Under the pieces are notes generated by a model. It saw only the letters and a list, made by a program, of their open reading frames with translations, was not told where the DNA came from and did no database searches. This document shows positions 38,155-50,867 of a stretch of DNA of 64,000 bases, piece by piece. The position numbers and the translations under genes were made by a program. Origin of the DNA: Utricularia gibba (taxonomy: Eukaryota; Plantae; Magnoliophyta); NCBI GenBank assembly GCA_002189035.1, contig NEEC01000012.1:1178001-1242000 (forward strand). The letters are read 5' to 3'. Each line of letters begins with the position of its first letter. Positions within the stretch are counted from its first letter, which is position 1.

Positions 38155-41100
38155 TGATACGACTCTCCAATCAACAAGTGATTGGCAAACCAGATCTTGG
38201 TTGAAAAGAAACAATCCCTCAAAGAAAAGAAGTTGACCCTTAAGGATTGAAAGATCCTTGTAACCCAAACTATAAAATGGTACCACACTCACAGAATCAA
38301 GGAAGGGATTGAGAGTGATAAACCACACACTAGACACCACAAGCAAGGCTTGATAAGTCAAAGTTCCACAAGAACTCAAGAAAGTAGAATTGCTCTCAAA
38401 AGTAATTACCATCAAAGTTGTTCTAAACAAGAGTAGACCCTTCTTATATAGATGAAGGATTGAGCGTCCTTTGAAGAAATGTAGTAATAATAATGTATTT
38501 GGGAGTAATGTACCTTCTCTAATCAAGTTGGTCCACTTTAAAAAGATTGAATTGGCCCATTAGCCCTTAATCACCTCTGGATTCATTCTTGGTCTTGATC
38601 TAGTGATTGTCCCAACTGAAATCTATGGAGGATTATTGATCTTCTATCCTTTATCTTCATTGTTATCATCTATAACATCCATGATCTCATTATCCACCCC
38701 TTCTTTTAGCAGATTCAACCTTGAATCATCACCATCTATATCACAAGGAATCAAGTCAGCAATATGCTACATAGAGTGGACCGAAAACTCACCTGGAGGA
38801 TCAATCTTATAAGCATTGTCATTGATTTTCTCAATGACTTGAAAGAGTCCATCTCCTCTTGGTGAAAGCTATGAATGTCTTTTGCTTGGAAATCTTTCCT
38901 TTCGAAAATGTACCCAAACCCAATCTCCTGGTTGTAGAGTAACTCTCTTCCTATGTTTATTTGATTTAGCTGCATACTCCTTGTTTTTTACTTTCAGTTG
39001 ATTTTGAACCTTCTCATGTAGTGTTCTGATTGTATTGGCTCTCTTAGTACCATCAAAACTACAAAATTCATCAGATGGAAGGGGCAACAAGTCTATAGGA
39101 GCACGAGGATTAAAATTCCTGCATCACTTACAGTATAGCCAAGAAAAGAGATTTTTGTTTTTTGCAAGTAGGAAGATTCTCTTGTAGGTTAGAGTTTTGT
39201 GACAAATACTCTTTAAACAAGAGCAAAAGAAAGGGATTTCTGGCATGTAACACTCTTTTCACATCACTCATTCTTGCAACAAGGCATTCAACTTCTTTTT
39301 TCCTCACAACTCCTTCATTCACGTCTTTTTTTCACTCTTTTTTAGGTGTTCTTTTCCTTTCTCGTGATATATCTTTTTTCCCACCCAAGCTCTCATCCCT
39401 CAACTCACCAAAAGATTTGATTGCAGCAGCAATCTAAACACTATCTTCGTGTGCCTCTTTTGGAGATAAAGGCACCAACGTGATTGGTTTTCCTTTCATA
39501 GAAAAGGAATACTTGTTAATATAGCCATCATAAATGACCTTCCTATCATATTGCCAATACCTTCCCAAGAGTATATGTCTTGCATGCATGGGCACTACAT
39601 CACAAAGGATCTAATCCTGATACTTTCCATTTTAGAAAGCAACAATAACTTGCTTATTGATCATTACTTCACTCCCTTCGTTCAACCATTGAAGGTTGTA
39701 GGGATTTGGATGATTGAGAGTAGGAAGATGGAGTTTATCCACCATGAGAGTACTAGCAACCTTTATGCAACTGCCTCCATCGATTATTAGGCTACAAACC
39801 TTCCCATGCACAAAGCGTGTATGGAATAAGTTTTCGTGTTGCTCCTCCATTGGCTTAGCATCCATGGCTAAAGTCCTTGTTACAAAACTTTCACCAATGA
39901 CAAGTTGTTGTTCCCCAAAATCTATCTCTTGTACTTCACTTCCACTTTTACTCTCAACTTCAGATTCAAAATCTCCAGAATCCTTTAGATTCATGGTCCT
40001 CTTGTTTGGACATTCTGAAGCAATATGACCATGGCCAAGAAATTTGAAACACTTGATACTTTGTGTTTGTCCAGAAGACTTAAATTTTTTTTTCTGGTTT
40101 CGAGTATCTGAGGTTCCCTCTTTCACCGGTCCAAACTTGGTTGATTTCTCAAATAAAGGATAATTTGGTTTCTTCTCCTTACTTCCAGCAACTTTCAACG
40201 AAGTAGAAGGTTTTGGATGGTTTCTATGTTGTCTCTTAGACTTTAGTTGCTTCTCAATCTTGATGGCAATGTGCAACATGTCTTCAATCTCCACATAGTG
40301 TTGCAGTTCGACCACTTGAGAGATTTCCTTGTTTAAAGCATAGAGGAATCTTGCCATTGTAGCTTTTCTATCCTATGTTATATTGGCTCAAATCATTAAC
40401 ACTTCCATTTCATGTGTGTGTCTACCCCTTGGTCTTTCATCATATCTTGCATCACGATTTCGCCTCCAATTTCTTTGATATCTTCGTTCTAATCATCTCC
40501 ACCAGATGAATCATACACATCATGGTTGTTTTTATTATTTCTGGTTTGTTCACCATGCCTTGCCTCTTCATCCTCAGATTTCGAATCTTTTTCTAATTGA
40601 GAATTTCTTCTGCTATGGGGTGTTGGAACTCTTGTTCTGCCATGGGAGACACTATCCTCTTCTTGTTTTTTGATGTTCTTGAGAAATTCATCATGTTCCT
40701 CTAGTTTGATGTGGATTTGCTCCATGCATCTTTGCAGTCTCGTGAACTCAATTTGCAATGCATTAAGTACGAAACAAACATCCATAGCACCTAATTCTTC
40801 TGCAGTGTTGTTAGAGCTCGACATCCTACTACTAGAGAAAGTGTAGACAAAAGGAAGGAAAGGAAACAACGAAGGAAAGATAGAAGTAAAAGAAGAAGTA
40901 GAGAATTTCCAACCTCAATTCATCTTGAACTTTAAGACTCAATAAACCTTAAATGATCAATCTAAGTATGGTTTAAAGAGATAAGGGTGGCTAGGGTAAT
41001 GAGTGACATAAAGCAAATAAGCAATATAGGACTTGGTGATGGTAATAGTAATTATGATTAGGTAAGAGTAGAAATGGAAGGATAGAACATAACTTTTTGT

Positions 41101-42082
41101 GATTAGTACAAAGGAGGTAGGTAGACAATTGATAAGAGTTAAAATGGAATATAGGTGTGACAAGAGACAAAGTTGTACAACATTGACTTTTCATTTGTTT
41201 GGTAAATGGATTATTCAATGGATTCAAATGGTTAACCTTTTTTTTTACTTTTCTTTTGTTTGGGAAACTAGAGAAATTCAAGTTGCTAACCTTCTTTCTC
41301 TCTTCAACACGTTTTTTTTTCCTTTGTAGCAATCAAGAAGAATAGGATGGCATAAATAGAACGAACGAACCCCACTTTGTTTTTCTTTCCAAATGAAGAG
41401 ATAAACAAAAGATAAGATAACTAAATCAAAATGGATCTGGATTTTTTTTTCTTTAGAACCGAACAACAACAAGAGAGGTAGGATGTGAAGAGAAAGATTG
41501 GCTCTAATACCACCTGATACGACCCTCCAATCAACAAGTGATTGACAAACCAGATTTTCGTTGAAACGAAACAATCCCTCAAAGAAAAGAAGTTGGCCCT
41601 CAAGGATTGAAAGATCCTTGCAACCAAATTATAAAATGCTACCACACTCACAAAATCAAGAAAGGAATTGGGAGTGATAAACCACATACTAGACACCACA
41701 AGCAAAACTTGATAAATCTAAGTTCTACATGAACTCAAGTAAGGAGAATTGCTCTCAAAAGTGATTACCATCAAAGTTGTTCTAAACAAGAGTAGGCCCT
41801 TCTTATATAGATGAAGGATTGGGCGTTCTTTGAATAAATGTAGTAATAATAATGTATTTAGGTGTAATGAGCCTTCTCTAATCAAGTTGGTCCACTTTAA
41901 AAATGTTGAATTCCTTGCCAAACACCTCATAGTTTTGTTGATTGGCCCATAAGCCCTTAAGCACTTCTTGCTTCATTCTTGGTCTTGATCTAGTTACTGG
42001 CCCAATTCAAATCAACGGAGGATTATTGATCTTCTGTCATTTATCTTCATTGTTATCATCTGTAACATCCATGATCTCATCA
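38155..42082 (-). mobile_element. Non-autonomous CRM-type element (family B) with both LTRs; lacks RT, RNase H and integrase core
   Basis: 5' LTR 41515-42082 and 3' LTR 38155-38692, ~88% identical. PBS TGGTATTAGAGC at 41501-41512. PPT at 38693-38705. Gag ([11 protein letters not shown]...[16 protein letters not shown]), protease (LIIDGGSC), then a jump at ~39115 to the integrase C-terminus (LQPGDWVWVHFRKERFP). CR-motif-like GPVTRSRPR in the LTR. Confidence 0.9.
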
Positions 42083-42087
42083 ATCAC

Positions 42088-43289
42088 TGATAACACCGTT
42101 TTTATGGTATTTTTATATATATTTTTAAATGTGTTTTTTAGGGTTAAATGTTTTTTAGGGTCCTAAAATGTTGTCTTTTGCGTATTTGGACTGTTGAAAT
42201 ATGTTTATTGTGAAAATAGGCTCAATTGGCAATAATTGAGCCGAAAACTCTAATATTTCGTCTAGTCTGTGTTTTAAGTCTTACTAGGGTGAGAGCTAGT
42301 ATTGTAGCAGCGTACTTTTTGCGTTGACAAGTCAGAAGGGACAGAAAAGTTGTACAAAAGCTAATTTCCGCCAAAAGTAGCCGCCCTTCTGAAGAGATCT
42401 CCCTACTTGAAGCCTGACAAAAAGACCAAGCTGCCCTTACTTTTGAGCAGCAAAAGGGAAAAAGGATGAGAGAGAGAAGAAGAGAGTACAGTATGCACAT
42501 AGAGTGCACAGATAGCGAACAGGAGCAAGGGGAGCAAGGAGAACGTCGTTTCTCCAGCGAAAGTCTCCGGCAGCCTCCAGATCTGTGAATCTACACCACC
42601 GTTTCGGCCAGAACCTTGATTTCTAGCAGATTTCCAGCCCACAGAAGCATCCTGCAACTTTTATTTGCGCATTTTCTGCACTTTTCTACGAGAACCTATT
42701 ATCGTTACTGTTTTCGTTTCTATACTTTCTGCTGCTTTTCAGTACCTTAGTGTGGACGGGAAACTCGCTATAGACCTTGCCTTAGTTTATAAACATGTTT
42801 TTGTTTAAGCTTTTCACATTTTCTTTTAAGCTTACTATGCCATTTACTGTTCCTGCACACGCATATTGTGTTTTCGTACACTCTTACTCTGTTTTTAAGT
42901 GTTTTTGAGCTGGGTTTAAGCCTATGGGCTCTATTGAGTGACACAATAGTCAGACCCTGGTGTAAAACCCAGCCAAGTTACGTTTATTTTATGTTTTCTG
43001 CACCTTCACGTTAATTTCAGTCCTTTTTCATCCCTGCAACTCGTTTATTTTAGTCACTGTTATTTTAGATCTTACATGCGTTAGAACTAAACCCCAGAAA
43101 ACCCCCTGTTTCCAGTAAATATGTTAAATTTCAGGAAATTACAACCATTCCCTGTGGATTCGACCCTTGCTTGCCACACTATATTAATTCCCATGATTTT
43201 TGTAGTAGAATAGCTAGGTTTATAACTTTTTTTTGATGCGTTGAATGTGCTAGACCGCGACATTTAGCAACCCATTCCAACGTTCATCA
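42088..43289 (+). mobile_element. Athila-like solo LTR (third family) with intact TSD
   Basis: TGATAACACCG...GTTCATCA. Perfect TSD ATCAC at 42083-42087 and 43290-43294. ATTCCCTGTGGATTCGACC motif near the 3' end. Confidence 0.88.
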
Positions 43290-43399
43290 ATCACCCATCC
43301 TGCAATTACCCTAGGCCAAATGTACTTAATTTTATAGTTCTTACCAAGCTCGGCAAAAGGACTCATGCAAGGTTTGCAGTCATTTAACTTAATCTATCT

Positions 43400-43950
43400 C
43401 ACTTTCTCTCCACCATTATATAACTGATGTGGGATTCATCTAAGTTGGTTTTGTCACCATTCCTTGAATAGGGCCTTATACTATTTCAATGTGTTTCATA
43501 TATTGATGGAAGATAGAATTATGAGCAATGTTAATTGTACCTTGAGTGTCACATGCCTTATAGATCAAAAGATGTGATGGAACCTACAAGTTAATAGGAA
43601 GCTATGAGAGTGATTTTAATTTGCAAACTAGCATTCCCATATGTAATATTCCAATTTGACTGAAGCTCAAGAAATAACTGATTGCTTCTTAGTCTTCCAT
43701 GAAATCAAAGATGTTCCAAATAAGACATAATATCCAGACAATTAGTTTGCAATGTCTCTTAGTCGAAAGTCAGATTTCAACAGAAATATGTGGCTCTTTA
43801 TTTTTTTTTCCCACTAGATATTGCACAACATACTCAGCATCTAACCAATGAATAAGAGCAAGGAAATTTAAATATTGATTTAGTTGATGCATAGTATAGT
43901 AATATTCAGCCGTGTAAAGCCAAGATATCAAAGATGTCCTACCAGTTGTT
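43400..43950 (-). mobile_element. Very degenerate Copia RNase H remnant
   Basis: Minus strand NSIFHQYMKHIEI at ~43485-43525; the rest is poorly readable. Confidence 0.4.
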
Positions 43951-45040
43951 TATACTTCAACTATAGACGATACTAAATTAAACAAGGTGGAAAAGGAGTG
44001 GCTACTGCTTTGCAAGTATGTAGGTTGAGGTTTTGAATGATGTTCTTGATATACTTTTATTTGTTGTAGAAAATCCATCAAGGAAAATGAATTAACTCAA
44101 TACCAAGATAGTATGTGGCTCTACCAAGGTTCTTAAAACCGAAAGCTTGATGAAGTGAAGTTTTGGCTGCATCAAGTTTGTATGTACAAAGTACAACTAA
44201 AGAATATCATCTAAGACAAAAAGTGTTACAAAGAAGTAATATTAAATAAGTAGTGATTCCAATTGTCATAAGCTTGCTGAATTCAAAAGATAGACTTTTT
44301 TCATTTTATATATGATTTCTATTGTCACGACCCACATCCCCTTGCACAATGTTTGCTACTCAAACTTCACATCATTAGATGCTTCCCTTTCAGAGAAAAC
44401 AAGTCATACAAAATTAGAAAAATCTCTCTATTTTAATGCATTCTTTATCTTATTCATAACCAATGTAGGATAATGTTACTAGACTCCTAGCATTATATTC
44501 TCCCCCCCCCCCCCTAGCCACTTGGCATCCTCGTAGAGTGCCCCCTTGTCCCACATTGTTATGGGCCCGGCAATTGCTATGATATCGAATGTTATGACCT
44601 ATGCTCTTCTTGTATGATATGTTTATTTCTAGCAACTAGCTCTCTTGACTTTATGTTCTCTCTTTTGAAGGAAAGGCTTGTACAAGATTAGAAACATCCT
44701 CCTATTTAAAAAAATCTCCTCTTTTGTATGTAACCAATGGTATGGTTACTAAGCTCCCATCCTTACAAAATAGACATTTACATCAAATCATATTTCATGA
44801 GCATTAATTAACCACTATAAATCATTTGAAACATAATGAGCATTTATTCAGTAACAGAAATGAATGAAATTCGAGCACGCAATAGAGACTTAGAAAATTT
44901 AGATGTTGGATTTAAAAACAACTTTTTCAGGTTCAGCAGATTTGAGAGATTTTAAAAAGAAATTCATAATTTCTTGCTCCCATCTCTAAACCATGGAATT
45001 ATTTTCTGAAACATTATCAAAACTCCAAGAGTTGCAAAGG

Positions 45041-48000
45041 TGATGAGTCACAGGAAGATAATAAGTGTATTTAAAGAATGATGAAGAGTTTGTCCAAGTG
45101 AACACATTAGAGACAAAGATGATTCCAACGGGACCAATGACTAAGAGCAATAGCAAGATGCTTGAAGATACACTTAAGACTCTACTCAATAAAATTGGAA
45201 TTAAACATGGGCTTGAAGACATCCCATCAAAAGAGCTCAACTACTTGAAGATGGATTTATCTTAGAGCATTGGGCTTGTTAGACTTTTCTATTTCATTTA
45301 GTTTGGACTATGTAATGTTAGAGCCCAATTCTAGAGTATAAATACTCTAGAGATGTACTAATTCAGGATCTTTGGTCATTTTATGTATCTTGTGAGGATT
45401 CCCCTCTCCTTTGAGTGCTTGAACACTCTTAACTTATCAAGCTTTGAGCTTGTGGCGTTCTAGGATTATCACTTCCAATCAATCTCTCTTTTCTGAAGTG
45501 TGGCTCCTAATTTTCTTTGTTTCTAAGTTTGGTTGCAAGAGATTTATTCTCTTGAGGGTAGACTTGGGTGGGTTCTCTTCTAAGCTTCAAAATCACCTCT
45601 TTTTTGTGGGTTGCTAATCTCTATAGATTAGAGGGTCACATCAAAACGTTGGTACTAAAGATCACGTTGGTAAAGAAAACGTTGCAAAAAACAGAATCAG
45701 ACCTCAAATTAAACGCTGGAAAACATAGTAAAACAGTCACACGCGAAGAACTTGCGCAAGCAAGGCTTCACAGTAGATACTCAGCCGTAAACGCTCACAC
45801 GCGCATGCTTGACTCTAAACAACAAAAGTTGATGAAAAACGAAAGGAAAGGAATCCAAAACATGCTAGACTCGACTCTAAACCCTAGATTGACTCTTTGG
45901 TTGTCCACCACTTCGACTCCCTTAGGTCTTCGCGTTTGGATCTTTATATAATGGTGGGGATTTGCCGGGCATTCTTGATGGGCTCGGACCAAATCTTATA
46001 TCCGAATGTTTGAAGATTTGATACAAATCTTCTAGGATGAGATCCAAGTTTTCCAAGATATGATGCGAATCTTATCTTATCCGAAAATTTTCGACCGAGT
46101 CTTCACCTCCGGATAGACCAAATCTTAGCCTCCATCAAAGTAGTTCGAAAATCCTCCAAATTATTCCAAATTCATCCTGAAAAATCACAAAACACACTTT
46201 CCCTCCAAAAAGATCAAAGTGGTATGAAAGATATAAAATTCTTCTAAAAACATAAAGAAAGTGGGATAAAAAGAATGCAATACTCTAAAGTGTTTTTAGG
46301 ACTCTTCTAAGAGAGTCCTAAAAACCATAAATATAAGTGACATAAAATCACTTATCAACTCCCCCACACTTAAATGTTTGCTTGTCCTCAAGCAAATGTT
46401 TAAGGTATTTTCCTTCAAAATAGTAACTTGCAAATAGAGTTAAGGTAACAATATCCTAGAGTATAAATACTCTAAAATTGTACTCTTTAAGGATCTTTAG
46501 TCATTTCATGTATGTTGTGAGGATCTCCTCTTCTTTGAGTGCTTAAACACTCTTAACTTATCAAGCTTTGAGCTTGTGGCGTTCTAGGATTATCACTTCC
46601 AATCAATCTCTCTTTTCTGAAGTGTGACTCCTAATTTTCTTTGTTTCGAAGTCTGGTTGCAAGAGATTAATTCTCTTGAGGGTAGACTTGGGTGGGTTCT
46701 CTTCTAAGCTTCAAAATCACCTCTTGTTCGTGGGTTGGTAATCTATATAAATTAGAGGGTCACATCTTTTGGTATCAGAGCTTTGGGTTCCTTCTCTTTA
46801 TTAGTATCGTGTTCTTGTCTTAGTTCTTACATTCCAGCTTATTAAAAAAAAAAGGAGAGGTTAAGACACGTTCAACTTCGTACTTTTGGCTTTGGCACAA
46901 AAAAAAAGAGAAAAAAAAAGGTGCACTGGAAGTTTATTCTGGAAGAGCTCGAAATCCACTTTGAATTGATTAGGAAGAACATCATCAAGATCAACTTCAA
47001 GTGTGTGAAAGAGAAGGAGGATGAAACTGAAGACCTATCACTTGCCATTGAATTATTGTCTACTCCGGTACTTCACCCATTGCAACAAAGAAAATATATT
47101 TCCTATTCTCTTTTATTTGAATAACTCATTCCTTCTCATTTTACTTGTCCCTACATCTCATTCGACTTTTCTCTTTCTTTATTGCCCATCCCGCTTTTTC
47201 TACAATCCCACAAGTAACGTACCGGGTTTAGTGCCCTTCTACCTGATTTTCCTATTCTCATTTGTTCATTGTCCATTCTTCTGGTTTATGCACTGCAACA
47301 AGCAACAAACTTACATCCATCACACTTCTCCTCTGTATCGTGAGTCAGTTAACACTGCCACCCTCACCAAACGTCATCATGACACCTTAACCCATACCAA
47401 TTTGGAAGTGATTAATTCGTTAGATGCCATGAGAACAAGCATGATGACATTAAAGAGTGCATCAAGGACTTGAAGCTTGAGTATTGAGTGGTAAATCTTG
47501 TGTGTGTTTCTTTGTTCCTTTAGTTTAGTCTCTTTTCTTCCTTGCTGCTCGTTTTCTTTTGTCCTGTATTTAGGATGTCAAATTCCAGAAGTGATCATGA
47601 AAATGATGACTCACCGGATGAGAGGTTCACTTTGAAAGCTATGCAACAGGAGTTCACTAGATTGCATCGCATTCTGGAAAACATAAATGTCAGGCTTGAT
47701 GAACACGAAAATTCTTTGCAAAATGTTGCAAGAGCACGAAGACAAGATAATTATGCTGCTGGAAGGGGTCGAGGTAGTCAATTGCATCAACGCATTAACA
47801 CTGAACATGACTTAAGTGATCAACGAAGTGTAAGGACTGTTGGAAGAAGAGATCGAACCCTGAATACTGATGAAGAAGATGACTACATTGAACATAGTGA
47901 AAATGATTTTGTGCATGGGGATACAAGAAGATTTCGAGATCAGGGAGGTAGAAGAGATGGAGGAAGAATTGAAAAGGATGTTAACAACATCAAGATGAAG

Positions 48001-50867
48001 ATACCTCAATTTCAAGGAAAGAATGATCCAGATGCATATCTCCAATGGGAAACAAGAGTAGAACATGTCTTTGATTGCAACACCTTCTCTAACGAAAAGA
48101 AAATCAGATTGGCCTCCATGAAATTTAGTGACTATGCTGTCAGTTGGTGGGATCAATTGGTGGCTAAAAAAAGGATTGACTCTGAAGAACCAATTCACAC
48201 TTGGGTTGAGATGAAAAGAGTTATGAGGAGGCGGTTTGTTCCAAACCATTACCAAAGAGATGTTTATCAACGTTTGCAAAATCTCAAGCAGGGCTCAAGG
48301 CCAGTGGAGTAATATTGGCAGGAAATGGAGATCTTAAGGATTAGAGCTCATGTTCATGAAGATAGAGAAGCAAAAATGGCTAGGTTTCTACATGGGATGA
48401 ATAAGGAGATTGCAAATATTGTGGAGCTTCATCACTACATTGAGATGGAGGACATGATTCATATGGCCACAAAGGTTGAGAAACAACTATCTAGCAAGAG
48501 TTTCGCAAGAGATTACAACAAGAGGACTTCTGGTTCGAAATTTGGGGGCACCAATGAGATGATGGAGAGAAATAAAGGGAAGTCATCCATGGAAAACTTC
48601 AAATTCGACATCCCATCAAGTTCCAAGCAAGGGGAGCGAACAACACCTCCAAAGGGAACTACCAGAAACATAAAATGTTTCAAATGCTTGGGGCTTGGAC
48701 ATATTGCTTCTGAATGCCCAAATAAACGAGCAATGGTGATTAGGGGCAATGGCGAAATTGGTAGTGAAGATGATGATGATCTAGTGGAGACAGAAGCTGA
48801 AGTGAGTGATGAGGATGAATTGCCTGTTTCTGGAGAAGTATTAGTCACTCGAAGGACGCTTAACATTGGAGTGAAGGATAATGATGAGCAAAGGGAGAAC
48901 TTGTTTCAAACCCGATGCTTTGTTAATGGAAAAGTTTGCAGCCTGATTATTGATGGAGGTAGTTGCACCAATGTTGCCAGCAAAATCTTGGTGGAGAAAT
49001 TGGGACTACCAACCGTGAGGCATCCTAAGCCTCACAATCTGCAGTGGTTCAATGAAGGAAGTGAGGTAAAGGTTACCAAACAAGTGCTTGTGACGTTTTC
49101 CATAGGGAGATATGAAGATGAAGTCCTATGTGATGTTGTTCCTATGCATGCAAGCCATATTCTTCTTTGGAGACCTTGGGAATATGATAGAAGAGCATTT
49201 CATGATGGTTTCAAGAACAAATATTCCTTCAATTATAATGGACGCTCCATCACACTTGCTCCATTATCTCTAAAGGAGGCACATGAAGATCAAGTCAGAA
49301 TTCTGAGTGATGCTAGAGCCCTTCATACTGATAATGGAAAGCACAAGGTGGTCGTTCCTAAGGGAGAAGAGATGAGTGGAGTGAAAATGAGTGAAAAAAA
49401 GATGCGAAAAAGTGGAGAAAAAAGAAGAGATGGCAAGGAATTGAGTGAAAAAAAGGATGAAAATGAGCACAAAACAGAGAGTGGAAACATGAGAGTTTTA
49501 GAAATTGAGAGAAAGAATGAGAGTTTATTAGCAAGGCCAAGTGAGATTAGACACTTACTTCATGCTAGTCAACCATTCATTCTACTCATGTATAAGGATG
49601 AAGTTCCTACTTCACCTAACCATGCTTCATCCATTCCATCTTGTGTTGTGTCTCTCTTACAGGTATATGAAGATGTTTTTCCAGAAAAACTTCAAGGCTT
49701 ACCTCCCCTTAGAGGGATTGAGCATCAAATTGACCTTATTCCTGGAGCACAACTCCCAAACCGACCGGCCTACCGAGCCAATCCAGAAGAGACGTAGGAA
49801 ATACAAAAGCAAGTTGAGGAATAGATGTCTAAGGGATTGGTGCGTGAGAGCATGAGCCCTTGCTCTGTTTCCGATGTTATTGGTTCCAAAGTCTGATGGA
49901 ACTTGGCGGATGTGCACTGATTGTCACGCCATCAACAACATCACAATCAAGTATAGACATCCTATCACTAGACTTGAAGATATGCTTGATGAGTTGCATG
50001 GTGCTTGTGTTTTTAGTAAGATTGATTTGAGAAGTGGATATCATCAGATTAGAATAAAGGAAGGTGATGAGTGGAAAACTGCTTTTAAAACTAAGTTTGG
50101 TTTGTATGAGTTGGTTGTTATGCCTTTTGGGTTAACCAATGCTCTTAGCACCTTTATGAGATTGATGAATCACGTTCTTAGCCCTTTTATAGGTAGATTT
50201 GTTGTTGTTTATTTTGATGATATTCTGATCTATAGTAAAAGTATTGAGGAACATGTAGGGTATTTGAAAGATGTGTTAGATACTCTTAGAAAAGAGAGGT
50301 TGTTTCCTAATATCAAGAAGTGTGTCTTTTGCACAAATAATGTCTCTTTTCTTGGATATGTTGTAAGTAATGCAGGAATAGCTGTGGATGAAAAGAAAGT
50401 AAGAGCAATCAAAGAATGGCCAACACCTAAATCAGTGGGTGAAGTTAGGAGTTTTCATGGTTTAGCAAGTTTCTATAGACGGTTTGTTAGGGACTTCAGT
50501 TCTATAGCAGCACCCCTCACCCAGTTGATCAAGAAAAATCATGCATTTCATTGGGGAGATGAGCAGGAATATGCTTTCAAACAACTCAAGAATAAGCTTT
50601 GCTCAACACCTCTCCTAGCACTTCCAATATTTTTCTGATACTTTTGAAATTGAATGTGATGCATCAGGTTTAGGGATTGGTGCTGTGTTGATGCAAAAGG
50701 GACGTCCACTTGCTTATTTTAGTGAGAAGCTTCATGGTGCCACCCTCAACTATCCAACATATGACAAAGAGTTGTATGCGTTGGTTAGAGCTTTGGAGAC
50801 ATGTCAGCACTACTTATGGCTTAAGGAGTTCGTGATACACACTGATCATGAGCCTCTCAAACATTTG
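45041..50867 (+). mobile_element. CRM-type Ty3/Gypsy element (family A): rearranged 5' LTR, PBS, gag-protease-RT-RNase H, truncated by a Copia insertion
   Basis: LTR pieces 45041-45643 and 46455-46766. PBS TGGTATCAGAGC at 46770-46781. Gag from 47575 (KIPQFQGKNDPDAYLQWE), zinc knuckle, [12 protein letters not shown] ([11 protein letters not shown]), RNase H ([10 protein letters not shown]...[10 protein letters not shown]). Stops at 48310 and 49795 plus frameshifts. Confidence 0.92.
45263..46454 (-). repeat. Near-identical inverted copy of ~19408-20600 (CRM LTR half, Athila 3' LTR and PPT)
   Basis: 45644-46454 matches the reverse complement of 19408-20217; I found 2 substitutions and one 1-bp indel. 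The LTR part carries copy-1-specific alleles rather than copy-2 alleles. Confidence 0.92.

Noticed and set aside
44000-44240. Weak resemblance to a CACTA transposase segment
   Set aside because: Too degenerate; no diagnostic motif or CACTA terminus found.
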